The position numbers and the translations under genes were made by a program. Positions 11,501-51,336 of a DNA stretch of 64,000 nucleotides are shown in pieces. The stretch lies in NCBI RefSeq assembly GCF_016433145.1, contig NC_058130.1, positions 772,395,996 through 772,459,995 of the forward strand, written 5' to 3'. The first letter of the stretch is position 1; each line of letters opens with the position of its first letter. The DNA is from Gracilinanus agilis. Taxonomy: Eukaryota. Under the pieces are notes generated by a model. That model was not told the DNA's origin and made no database searches. It saw nothing but the letters and a program-made list of their open reading frames with translations.

Positions 11501-14500
11501 GTGGATTGAGAGCCAGGCCTAGAGACGGGAGGTCCTGGGTTCAAATGTGGCCTCAGGCACTTCCCAGCTGTGTGACCCTGGGCAAGTCACTTGACCCCCA
11601 TTGCCCACCCTTACCACTCTTCCACCTAGGAGCCAACACACAGAAGTTAAGGGTTTAAAAAAAAAAAGTGGAAGCCCAGAAAAGTGTCACCCAGATTGTG
11701 CTTCCCCTTTCCTCATGTCGCTTAGAGCTCCTGTTGCCACTCTGCACGAGACATCCACCCTGGGGCAGCCGTGGTCCCATCATCGTCGTCCTCCGTGGCC
11801 AGCGTCTGCCCATTCGAGGAATGCCCAAATCAGATTAGCTCTAACTGGAATAATGGCCATGTGCCGCCTCCATTCCTGAGGGAGCAGCGTCTGTACCGCC
11901 AGCCTCAGAGCCGTCCCGACGTCGGCACTCTGTGAGGACTGGCGGGCCGTAGAAATGGCGCCTCTTATTATTGGGGAAAGGAAATGAAAGAACTTGGGCC
12001 GTCAGAGTTGCCATAGCGAGTCAGGGAAGCCAGAAATAGAGGTGCAGGATGCCAAATGCTCTTCTATGGCTCCCTTCTTGATGACCTTATGTGAATCTAA
12101 AGGAAAGTTTCCTTCTGGGCAAATCCTTCCAGAAAGGACCAGCTGGTTAAATCATAATTCAAGATATTCAAGGGCTTCAGTGTAAAGGTCTCGTTGATAA
12201 ATGACAGAAGCATGAGGTTGGACCACTCCATCGGTGTTCATGGGGTACCAGCTCAAGGCAAAATCGTATTGGTTTGCAAAGTCTTTATTACCAAAAATCA
12301 TAAAAACTTGTAAACTTAAAAACTGACCTCGCCTTGCGTCCTGGCTTTCTCATCCACCCATCTTTTCTCCTGGTCCCCATGCCCTGAGCCACAGAAAAGT
12401 TAATCAGCCGGGGCAGCCAGGTGGCTCCATGGATAGAGAGTCAGGCCTAGAGGCAGGAGGTTCCTGGTTCCAATCTGATCTCAGATACTTCCCAGCTGTG
12501 TGACCCTGGGCCAGTCACTTAACCCCAAATTGCCTCATCCTTTACTGCTCTTTTGCCTTGGAGCCAATACTTAGTATTGATTTTAAGATGGAAGGTGAGG
12601 AATTTTTTTTAAAAAGAGCAAATTTTAGAGGCAGCTAGGTGGCTCAGTGGATAGAGAGCCAGGCTGAGGATGGGAGGACCTCCTAGCTGTGTGACCTTGA
12701 ACAAGTCACTTAACCCCCATTGCCTACCCTTACCACTCTTCTGCCTTGGAACCAATACTTAGTATTGGCTCTAAGATGAAAGACAAGGCATTAAAAAAAA
12801 AAAAGTTGAGGGTATGAAGGATAGCATCACCTATAGAAGGGAAATTGGGCATTTTCCTAGGCGGCAGCATGGTTTGAATTGGGAAATACTGGTTCATCTG
12901 ACCTCAGATTTCCTGTCTAGTTCAAACATTCTAGAGCCATTTGCTTTGTTTTGTTCTGTTTTGGCGATTAGTCATGTCTGACTCTCCGTGACCCCATTTG
13001 GGGTTTTCTTGGCAAAGATCCTGGAGCCGTTTGCCATTTTCTTCTCCAGCTCATTTTCCAGATGAAGAAACTTAAGCATGCAGAGTTATGTGACCTGCCC
13101 AGAGTTTTATACCTAGTGTCTAGGCCAAGATTTGAATTCAAGTCCTTTTAACACCAAGGCTGGCGCTCTATCCAACTGGACCACCAAGCCGCCTAGCGCC
13201 ATAGCAATTCTAGAATTCCTTCCATCCAAATTGCTCTGATACTGGAAATCCTTCAGCCTTAGATGCTAAATGCTAGAGAAAGGAAAACCCTGTGATCTCG
13301 TTTCCACATTTCCCTCTTGGTGTTTCAGTGGGCATCCTGGCCTCCTCAATCATCACTTGGGGTCAACGCCAATGGGTTTGAGTTACTAATCTGGTTTTCT
13401 TGTGTGTATTTCCAAGAACTTCAGCCATCCTGCTTTGTCACAACCGTGAAAGGTCACGCTTTTAGGATTTCCTTCCATCTCTCCTTTGGCCTTCTAGTAG
13501 GTGATGAAGGAAACTCCTTGTATTGATAAAGTCACGTCAGGCCCTTATGGAGGTGATTATAGAGGGCCAGCCTCTATATGGTAAGGGTTCTGAGTGGCGT
13601 TTTATGGCGTCAGATTGTTAAGACAGGAAAAAGAAACTGAGAACAGCCGAACTAGTGGTTAGCCCATGCTGATCCAAATGCTATGGGATTTGGACTTTAT
13701 TTTATACTGGTTTCAAACAAAGAACACAAAGAGAGAGTCACAGCTGTGAAGGGGCTACAAATCATACACAATCCATTAAAGTCTAAAAAATAGAGATATG
13801 GGTGCAAGGACAAGGGCCAAATTCCAACCACCAATTAGTAGGGGCTAATTCTGGGAGCAGAAATAAATTTCATGGAGATGTTTACTAATTGCGTTCTGCC
13901 TTGATTTACAGATCTGCACCTGGTCAGATAGTCTGGACTAAATTGTCTGGCTCCAGTCTTTATCTAAGTAATATATTTTTTAGGGTTCAGGCTTCTTAAT
14001 TATCAAGGAGAGAAATTGTCAAGGAGAGGAATTGTTAACTCAGTAGCTGCTGGTCTGCTTAAGGACTCAAAGCTTTCCAATAAGAATACTGAGAAAAGGT
14101 GGGGATCTAAAAATGAGTCAAAAGACGAGCCTCAGATTTTTACCTTAGATGGCCCATTCTATCTGCATCTGACATGCAGTGCAGAAAAAACCATACACAC
14201 AGTTTTACTTGCCGATGATTTTGTAATGGGATCCAGATAAAATATCTATTCCAGACTCTGTTTCTTCTAAATGACTCCTAATAGCCTCTTGGAGGGGTCA
14301 AGTTGTTTTTGGATTAACCTACCTGCTGGTACCAGAGCTTTTCAGGGCTCAGGTGACCAGGACCATACACAAAGACTGCCTCAGCCTGGATTGGTCACAT
14401 AGGGAATCCAGATAACAGGCCCTAAATTTGACCCTGTTTCTCCAATGGCTCTCTACATCCAATGGCTCTCAACAGGTGATGCCTAGCATGAGGGACGCCA

Positions 14501-16303
14501 TCATCTCCTCTTGAGATACCAACCTCTGGAGTCCAATAAACAGAATTCCCTAGTAGAGGAACTTGGCTTAACACCTGCTAAGCTTGGTCCAGGAGGTACA
14601 GAGATGAACACAACCCAGCTTCTGCCCTCCGTGACCTCAAAGTCTGGTAAGGAAGAATAGATTTTTGTCCCAAGTGTTCCATCCTGGAGTTGCCAATTCC
14701 ATCTTCATACCGTGTCTTCTAGTACAGTAATGGGACTGAATAGTTCCAGATTAGTTACGTTGGTTTTTTTAAATGCTTCCTTTGCTGAAGTGGAATCTCC
14801 CTTGATCTCGGACTCTTCCTGACTCGTGCCTCTTGTTCTCTCCTTTATTTTGAACCCAAAGGTCTGAAGACGCCCAGCGGCTGTGAGCTGGTGGTAGGAG
14901 GAGAGCCCCAGTGCTGGGCAGAGGGCCGCTGCCTCCTGTTTGATGACTCTTTTCTGCACACTGCATTCCATGAAGGCAAGTCTCTTCCCCACCACTAACA
15001 TGTCTCCCTAGTGAGTAGTAATCCCATAAGGAGCCCGACAGGTACAAAAGAAGGAGTCCCTCCTACCAACTGAGATTCTGAAATGGTACCTTTATTTTCA
15101 CCTTCCCCATATTTGAGCTCTAACAGTTTGGTGAGTATGATTTTCATAAGGGAAACCCTTTTTGGTTCCATTCTGGCTTTTCTAAGGCTCCGTGCCTACT
15201 CCTAAGGTTTGGGTTTGGGTTGCTCTGGGAAACTGGAAATTTTTAATGAGATTTTCTTCTTGAGCATGGCATTCTAAGAATTTGGTGACTGATTTGGATA
15301 TAATTTTTTTCACTCATCTGTATAAACAGACACATATATTTCTTTTTTTATTTAATAATTTTTGTTTTTTAGAAAAGTTAACATGGTTACATGATTCATA
15401 TTCTTACTTTCCCCTTCACCCCCCCCCCCATAGCCGATGCGCATTTCCACTGGTTTTAACATGTATCATTGATCAAGACCTATTTCCAAATTGTTGATAG
15501 TTGCATTGGTGTGGTAGTTTCGAGTCTGCATCCCCAATCATGTCCACCTCAACCCATGTGTTCAAGCAGTTGTTTTTCTTCTGTGTTTCCTGTCCTGCAG
15601 TTCTTCCTCTGAATGTGGGTAGCTTCTTTCTCATAAGTCCCTCAGAATTGTCCTGGGTCATTGTATTGCTGCTGGTACAGAAGCCCATTACATTCTATTT
15701 TACCACAGTGTATCAGTCTCTGTGTACAATGTTTTTCTGGCTCTGCTCCTTTCACTCTGCATCAATTCCTGGAGGTCTTTCCAGTTCACATGGAATCCCT
15801 CCAGTTTATTATTCCTTTGAGCACAATAGTATTCTATCACCAGCATATAAGACACATATTTTCATACATACATATATATGTATATATGGTCAAGTGACTT
15901 GCCCAAGGTCACATAGCTAGTTAAGTGTCTGAGGTTTGAATGAGTCTTCTTGATGCCACGTTTGATGCTCCACCCACTGCACTATTTACACATGTGTGAG
16001 TGTCTTTGTGTGTCCGTGTGTCCTGGTCTATAAAAGGCCAACCTTTGAGGTCCTTCAGGTTCTAGCCTTATCTGCAGCCTAGCGTGTCTTGGGCTGAGGG
16101 ACACGTTACAGCACAGTCTGGATGGAGGAACTTGATTTGACCTGAGAAGGCGGTAACATTCCATGATTCTCTCCTGTCCCGTTTTCTGCGCAGGTTCGCC
16201 AGAAGAAGGGCCACGCGTGGTCTTCATGGTTGATCTGTGGCACCCAAACGTGGCGGCGGCCGAACGCCAGGCCCTTGATTTTATCTTTGCTCCAGGACGA
16301 TGA
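4680..16303 (+). CDS. ASPHD2: Aspartate beta-hydroxylase domain-containing protein 2, spliced CDS join(4680..5565,14862..14975,16194..16303), 369 aa
   Basis: 886+114+110=1110 nt, open frame to TGA. Translation matches the recalled human ASPHD2 ([23 protein letters not shown]...HYGPTN...FDDSFLH...[23 protein letters not shown]). Has a TM segment and the HxD..H 2OG-dioxygenase-like motif context. Confidence 0.97.
5647..6430 (+). mobile_element. Tandemly duplicated composite of full SINE + 5'-truncated SINE (period about 410 bp)
   Basis: Both units share the flank aatcccagtaa, the variant head gggggctagctagg and the internal junction gttaaggt(c/t)cagggttcaaatc. Confidence 0.8.
6450..6680 (+). 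mobile_element. Short-type CORE-SINE split by a hairpin insertion
   Basis: Head gggggcagctag; tail ttgcccttctgttttagaattgttactaagac resumes as agacagaaaataaaggtt after 6650. Confidence 0.75.
6567..6650. mobile_element. 84-bp MITE-like palindromic insertion
   Basis: 33-bp inverted arms (6568-6600 / 6618-6650, 31/33 paired), A-rich loop, 5-bp direct repeat AGACA at 6562-6566 and 6651-6655. Confidence 0.75.
6880..6990 (-). mobile_element. L2 3' end fragment
   Basis: aaacatttattaagcccctacgccatgccaggcaccgtgc is the reverse of the L2 terminal motif. Confidence 0.75.
7602..7787 (+). mobile_element. Young short-tail SINE1_Mdo-type copy with 13-bp TSD
   Basis: TSD agaattcaggagg at 7589-7601 and 7788-7800; poly-A tail; CpG retained. 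Confidence 0.93.
8420..8600 (-). mobile_element. SINE1_Mdo-like SINE
   Basis: CORE motif and B-box on reverse strand. Confidence 0.8.
11090..11290 (+). mobile_element. SINE1_Mdo-like SINE
   Basis: CORE motif, poly-A. Confidence 0.85.
11480..11666 (+). mobile_element. Young short-tail SINE1_Mdo-type copy
   Basis: Flanked by aaaaagtgga(g/a)gccc direct repeats; near-consensus body. Confidence 0.92.
12410..12805 (+). mobile_element. Two tandem SINEs (second internally deleted)
   Basis: Heads at ~12410 and ~12628. Confidence 0.85.
12955..13195 (-). mobile_element. MAR1-like SINE
   Basis: RTE-type tail and CORE segment. Confidence 0.85.
13558..14474 (-). mobile_element. Solo LTR (copy A), 917 bp, termini TG...TA, 6-bp TSD GGTGAT
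   Basis: GGTGAT at 13552-13557 and 14475-14480; TATA-like tataaaa; about 600 bp clearly homologous to 59748-60357. Confidence 0.85.
14862..14975 (+). CDS. ASPHD2: ASPHD2 coding exon 2 (114 nt)
   Basis: Acceptor aaag|; encodes (G)[36 protein letters not shown]-type segment; donor is GC (AAG|GCAAGT). Confidence 0.96.
15343..15849 (-). mobile_element. 5'-truncated L1 (ORF2 end + 3'UTR) with TSD
   Basis: T-rich tail at 15343; gagcacaatagtattctatcac is the reverse of the ORF2p C-terminal EYYCA motif; flanks agacacatat(a)tttc at 15328-15342 and 15850-15863. Confidence 0.9.
16194..16303 (+). CDS. ASPHD2: ASPHD2 last coding exon
   Basis: Acceptor ttttctgcgcag|; (G)[35 protein letters not shown]. 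Confidence 0.97.
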
Positions 16304-18015
16304 GCCCTTCTCGGTGCTGGAGTGGGTCAGAGGGACAGAGGCTCGGCCTGGGAAGGGCTCCGGCACGGGGTGCCCCTTGCTGAGGCGGCACTGCCACAGA
16401 CAGAAGCCTGCCTCCGTAGGAAGCTTTCCTTTGGGACTAACGCCATGCTGGATTTCTCCCTTCCTTGGTTATTGCAAATGGAAGTTTCCAGCTTGTATTT
16501 TCTTAGGTTTGGTCTTTTCCAGTCATCCGCTCCAGGGTTTCTTTGGAGCCCACCCCCGCCTCGTTTTCTCTCCGTGACGCTGGGCACAGCCCCCTGTTAT
16601 CTTATGTTGCTCCCGCGTTTAGAAGTGTTAAGAATCAGAGTCACCACAAGGTGGTTTGTTCAACGTCATCCTGTGAAAATTCTTGTGGTCATCTTAAAAA
16701 AAAAATCACAAAACGAGAAACAAAAGCAGAGGGCTGCCGGGCGAGCTCGGCTCGGCGTCTGCTGCCGTTCTGATCACCGCCACGGCGGACCCTCTGCCTG
16801 CCTCCGGCCCCGGCCCCCTCCCGACTTCATTCGCAGGGTTCGGGGGCTGCTGGGCACCGTGTTTGGGGCAGCCCCAGGACCCGGGGAAACGGCCCTCCTG
16901 TGCGCCACTGCTGTTTGGCTGGTGATCGCAAAGGGCATTTAGACTGGTGGGACTGGAGACTGTTTAAACAGCACTTTCCTACAGAGCTCAAGCCGGCCCC
17001 CTTGGGCCCACTGCTGGCTCCCCGAGGCTCAGGCCCACAGAGGGTGATTCTCTTACCTCACTGCCTACAGAAACCCCACTGCCAAATCGGGCACGAAGTA
17101 TTCCCAGGGTGAGCTCTTTAAGGTAGACGGCAGGTTAGCTGGAAAGGCTCTCGGAGGAAACGGAATCACTCAGTCACCGACATTCCAGGGAGGCCCCTCC
17201 AGCAGAGCTGGAAGCTTACACTCGACCGGTCTCTGTTCCGCTTTGGGGTTTCGTCGCCCACAATTCGCATTTCTCGTGTTACCTAAATGTCTGCTCTCTG
17301 GACACGGCGTGGCCTCGGGATGTGGCCGGGCCCGGGCCCAGGCCCAGGCCGGCCGTCTCAGTGGTCACTGCCAACTGATTGTGTGTGCGCTTCTTGGTGA
17401 CGTGGTGCCGACCAAGCCCCAAAGCACTCCCAGCCTCCTTCCCGAAGCGCCAGCCTTCTCTGAAGGACTTGCAATCTTGCGTCTGGACAAAAAGGCCGGA
17501 GACTGGTCCGGCAGGACGGGGTCGGGCCATCTGGGGGCTCAGTGGTGAGGAAACAGCCTCCTGTCGGCCTTGCTCATCCGCTGCACTAGATGCCTTTATT
17601 CAGGAGCGTGTCCTGGGCAGGATGGATGGGGAAGGAGCCAAGGCCCAGCACAGACTAAGCAGGGGGCATTTTCCCCTCGAAAAAGCACGCCAGGGTCCAG
17701 ATCCCAGCGGAAAGCTGCTGGGAAGAACCCACAGAGAGCAGTGAGTTCACTCTGAAAGGTCCTTGCGTTAGTCACTAGCCGATATGCAAAGGAGGGGTCT
17801 AGACCAGAAAAATTTCTATGCTTTTTTTCAATAATGATATGGCGGGAAAAGGCAGAAATTTCAAATACACCTTAAGGATTTTTACACCTAAGAACAACCG
17901 AGGTGCATGATTTCTACACATATTGAATACTCTTAAAATGAGTCAACAAAGCAAATAGTATTTCTGGGGAACTGGCTACCTGGAGCAATGTGGACCGGAT
18001 GTGGCACAGGAGAAT

Positions 18016-18021
18016 AATAAA
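18016..18021 (+). terminator. ASPHD2: Likely ASPHD2 polyadenylation signal AATAAA
   Basis: First canonical hexamer I found after the stop; downstream GU-rich gtggttttgttgg; gives a 3'UTR of about 1.7 kb. Confidence 0.6.
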
Positions 18022-18355
18022 GAACTTGGCTGAAAACCAGAATGAAGTGGTTTTGTTGGAAAGGATTCAGGGCGGGGGGAGGTCTTGTTCAGAGAAAGGC
18101 AGGCCCTGAAAACTGACGTTTCGAACAAAGAACCAGAGCTCGGTTTTAAGAGAGAAGCAGGAGGAACCCGCTGGATTAGGAATCACTCCAGAACGCCTAA
18201 CAGCGTCGAGGGCCTTGGTTGCACGAGGCATGGCTGGCGGCTAAGCTTCCTGTCTCAGCCTCTTGAGTAGGAGGCCGGGATAAAGGAAGCATCAATAGCA
18301 TTTGGGTTTTTCTCCTTTTACTCTTGGCTTTTTGTTCTTTAAAAATAGAAGTAAA

Positions 18356-18560
18356 GGGGAGGCAGCCAGGTGGCTGAGTGGATAGAGAGCCAGGCTTAGT
18401 GATGGGAGGTCCTGGGTTCCAATCTGACCCCAGATGCTTCCTGGCTGTGTGACCCTGGACAAGTCACTTCACCGCCATCGCCTAGCCCTTACCGCTCTTC
18501 TGCCTTGGAGCCAATACACAGTATTGATTCTAAGATGGGAGGTGAGGCTTAAAAAAAATA
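18356..18560 (+). mobile_element. SINE1_Mdo-like SINE
   Basis: Full head/CORE/tail. Confidence 0.88.
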
Positions 18561-18934
18561 GCGAAGGGTCTGCAGAAGCCCAGGACTTGCGTTTGCCCGA
18601 AGACCCTTCAGCAGCAATTCCAAATGACTTGGGGTTTATTTCCTGTTGGCCATGCACAGAAAAGGAATGGCGGCCCCAGCCTCGGGCTGACGCTTCTCAC
18701 CCTCTGAATGGGTGCGATCCCAACGAGGCAATTACTAAAGTAATTTTCACATTTCTGCCAGGGCTGTGCAAGGTGCTAAGAAAGGAGCAAATCCACGGCG
18801 TGGCCTCAATTGAGCTGCACCCCGGAGCCAGGCAGCAGAGCCAGGGCTGGAAGGGACCTCGGGCCATCCTGCCCCATTAGCTGGTGCGTCCTCGGGGGCA
18901 GAGACAGGGCTAGCTGCCCCCACAGGACTTTTTT

Positions 18935-19125
18935 CTTTTTTTTTTAACTCTTCTCTTCCACTCAGAATCTATGCTGTGAATTGGTTCCGAGGCAGAACGA
19001 TGATAAAGGCTGGGCAGTGAGAGCTAAGACACTTGCCCAGGGTCCCCCAGCTAGGAAGTGTCTAAGATCGGATTTGAACCCAGGACCTCCTGTCTCCGGG
19101 CCCGGCTCTCTATCCGCTGTGCCAC
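18935..19125 (-). mobile_element. SINE1_Mdo-like SINE
   Basis: CORE motif on reverse strand. Confidence 0.8.
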
Positions 19126-19804
19126 ACACAACTTATTTTTAAAATAGAGGCCAGAAACCCCTGTTCGCCATCAGCCGGGTCTGCCACAACCTGGGGCCAG
19201 GCTCGTGCTTTGAGAAGAACATGGATTCCCACTTCAGGACCGTCTCTCCAGGTGGTGAGCTCTCCATGGACGCTTGCTCCTGGGTGAAGCCCTACTAATT
19301 TGGTTTAGAAGTGAGGAACGGCACGATGGATGGCTATAAATCTCCTCCTGACAGATGGCACGAGCAGTAGTGGGGCAGACTGTGGCACTGGCAGGCAGAC
19401 GCTTCAGACAAAAGGACTTATTTACTTTCTGCTCCATTACCAAGCACACCCAGCTCGCTGATCCTAATCTCTCCCTCCCACCCTCTGGCCCTGATAGACT
19501 TCTCTGGATGCTTGAATAATCCTTAGATCTTCAAAGCACACTTTAGCCACCGCCAGTCACAGACGCCCAGTGCAGCGCGTCCTGCTCGCTATCGTCCCCG
19601 GCACGACTCCCAGTGACTCGGTGGAGCCTCGTGCCGCAGCGGTGTGGCCCCCAACCAGAGGAGTTGCTCTTTCCTTTGCTCACTCTCGGGGCCCCTCACC
19701 GGTCTCTCGCTCTCTCCTTCCCTCCCAAGATCTGCCTGTGATCTAGACATACATTCAACGTCAAGGGCCTGAGCCACTGCTAGGAGATATTCCTTGATAT
19801 ATAT

Positions 19805-19990
19805 TTTTTAAACTCACCTTCCCTCTTAGAATCAATACTGTGTATAAGGCAGAAAAGCAGTTGAGCAAGGTAATGGGGGGAATAAGTGACTTGCCCAGGG
19901 TCACACAGCTAGGAAGTATCTGAGGCCACATTTGAACCCAAGACCTATCTCCAGGCCTGGCTCTCAATCCACTGAGCCTTCCTATTGCTT
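19805..19990 (-). mobile_element. SINE1_Mdo-like SINE
   Basis: CORE motif on reverse strand. Confidence 0.85.
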
Positions 19991-20929
19991 GGATTTTTGA
20001 AGGACTTGGGAAAGAACTTGGGAATTAAGCCCCTAGGAAAGCCTAGTTTTTCATCTCGTACTAAAAATGAATGGAGTGAAACCTGCCACGACCTGAAATC
20101 ATAGTCTCAGGAACTAGAAGGCACCCTACATTGGAGCCCTCTGCTCTGACCTGACATCCCAGGTTATTTTTTGAACCAGAGCCTAGCTATGTTGCAAGGC
20201 AGATGCCGTGCTCACATCAGAACTTGGGGGTGGGGGTCGAGGGTGCAAAGAGACAGCTTGAGGCTGGGAATGATGAGGGGAAGCCCCCTTAATTAGAACC
20301 ATCCCAAAGTGGCACGGGCTGCCTAGGGAGGGAGTTTCCCTCTCTGGAGAGCAAGGCTGAAAACCCTTTGGTCTGCCATACTGCAGGGGTTAGGGCCAGG
20401 GGCGAGGGGTGGGGAGTCTCCATCTCCGCCAACAGCCTATGAAGTCAGTCTCTTGGCAAACAGGTCAGCTGGTGTGGCTTCATTCCCCCTCCTTCCTGGA
20501 CTGATATGTTTCCTAAGAGTTGGTGTAGGGGCCATGGGGTGGCGGGCAAAGGAGGAATGGCTCTCTCGTGAGGTGTTTTTCAGGCATCAAACCTTTTTGC
20601 ACTTAAAGCTTTTTTGGGACCAAGCGCAGCCTCACCAAGTAGTGGAGGGCAGGGCTTGTGAGGCCAGAGGGGTGGCCTGTTCTTTCAGAGTCGGACACCC
20701 AGCAGCACACGCAGTCACTGCCTCATGAGGTGGCCCAGCTTTGGAAGACGTCTTCAAACGGCAGCACATCAGGAGGGGCCCAGCTCCAAATGGAGTCCTG
20801 GAGTCTGAATATGGAAAACCCAGCCAAGACTGAGCACACTGGCATTTTGGCAGACTCTTAGAGCATATTCAGGCACACAGAGGAGTCTTCAAAAAAGATT
20901 CTTTTCTAGGTAAGAAATATTTTTGTCAT

Positions 20930-21055
20930 AAGCCCTGGGTTCAAGTTCAGGCCCCAATAATAAGTGGCTCTGTGACCACACTTTTCTGAACCTTAAGTTT
21001 CCTCATCGGTCAAATGGGGATAGTATTACCTACCCCACAGGGCTGTGAGGAAGGA
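20930..21055 (+). mobile_element. MIR fragment
   Basis: agtttcctcatcggtcaaatggggatagtattacctaccccacagggctgtgagg resembles the MIR 3' region. Confidence 0.7.
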
Positions 21056-21223
21056 TGGAGCAGCCTGATTTCCTCCTGTGAGCTGAGAAGACCAAGATTC
21101 CTAAGCTGGTCTCCCAGTCACAGAAGGAGGGCGAGCAGAACTCTGATATTATTCTTTAGTCATGCCTCTGCTATTTTTAAGGGACAAATTATCTGAGTAG
21201 TCGAACAAGCCATACAGAGCACA

Positions 21224-21229
21224 TTTATT
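21224..21229 (-). terminator. HPS4: Likely HPS4 polyadenylation signal AATAAA
   Basis: tttatt on + strand; GU-rich downstream sequence on - strand; gives a 3'UTR of about 1.4 kb. Confidence 0.6.
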
Positions 21230-21369
21230 GACACATTTGTGACTCATAACTTTGTTCATCAAAGTGTACTGTTTCGGGTTAGGGATGTAGTAACATTTTA
21301 TATTGCCCCCTAAGAACGGGTGTTTATAAATAGGAATAAACAACGCACCTTCAAAGTTAAGTCTCACCA

Positions 21370-21555
21370 TTTTTCTTTAAACCCTTACCGTCTGCCTTAG
21401 GATCAATGCTATGCTATAGATTCCAAGGCAGAGAAGTGACAAGGGCTAGGCAACAGGGGTTAAATGACTTGTCCAGTGTCTGGGACCAGATCTGAACCCA
21501 GGACCTCCCATCTCTAGGCCTGCCTCTCAATCTACTGAGCCACCCAGCCGCCCCC
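21370..21555 (-). mobile_element. SINE1_Mdo-like SINE within predicted HPS4 3'UTR (sense to HPS4)
   Basis: Head, B-box, CORE and tail on - strand between the HPS4 stop and the PAS. Confidence 0.85.
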
Positions 21556-22584
21556 ACCCTACAATTTTTTTTATGCCTCAGTTAACAAAAAGGAATTCCA
21601 AGTATTGCTGGAAGAGCCTGGGTTGTGCCTTGGAGAGATGTTTTGTTCCTAACACTGAAGAAGTCTGCTGGGGCAGATTCTCTAGCAGCATCCTGGCCCC
21701 TTCCCCAAAGGGAAGGCACCATACTTAAGGACACAGTCTTGTGCCAAATGGCTTGGGGGCAGGGGGAGGACCTGTTTGTAACAGCAGTAGGACGGACTTT
21801 GCAGCCAAGGCTCGTGGCTGTTCTTCAGAAGCAGTACTACCCAGCCTGATCGCCCACCTTACTCTCCAGCGGGGGCTCCATATGGCTTGTGGTTGTTTCC
21901 AAAAATCAAATTTGTATCCTCGTATTTCAAGAATTTGCCCCGATTGGGGAGCCTTGAAAGAATGTGCTGCAGGTTCTGAAAGCTATTTCCATCGAGAAGG
22001 CCCCAAATAACCTAAGCAAAGGTGACCTCCCTGGAACAAGTGAGGGGTCTCCCAAGGTGACAACTCGGAAGTGGACAGCCCCGTCGGATGTGGCCACATT
22101 GATTCAACTGTTGAAAATACATCCCCGAATGCTGCTGTAATCATCGCACCCAGTAAGATGAGAGATGAGGCTTTCTGCTGGGAGCCAGGCCTGCTAAGGA
22201 GGCCAAGCTACACCTGACCAGAACAACTGAAAGGAGACGCAGAACGGCGGTGGCAGCAGCAGCAGCGGCGGCAAGCAGCACCTTGTGAGCCTCGCAGGCC
22301 AGGCAGCCTCCGCCTCTAACTGCTGGGTGACTCACTCCTGCCTGACAGATCCACGGAAGCTGCAGAAATGCTCTGGACCTGCTGGTCCCAAAGGGAATGT
22401 TCCCACCACACCCCCAAACCCCTGAGAAATAAGTGCTCAGCAAAAATCAAGGCTGATCACCCACATCTCAGCAGAAGCTACAGACGTGCCTAAGGACAAG
22501 GCAGGGCAGGGCAGGCCTGGACCGGCTTTAGAGGACGACTGGAGCTCGGCCTCCCTGGGGGAGCCCCTCCAGGAGCCTCCCTGC

Positions 22585-51336
<28,752 letters not shown>

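Noticed and set aside
16322-16942. 206-aa ORF in the ASPHD2 3'UTR
   Set aside because: Begins at GTG in GC-rich UTR sequence; no homology or coding-like composition.
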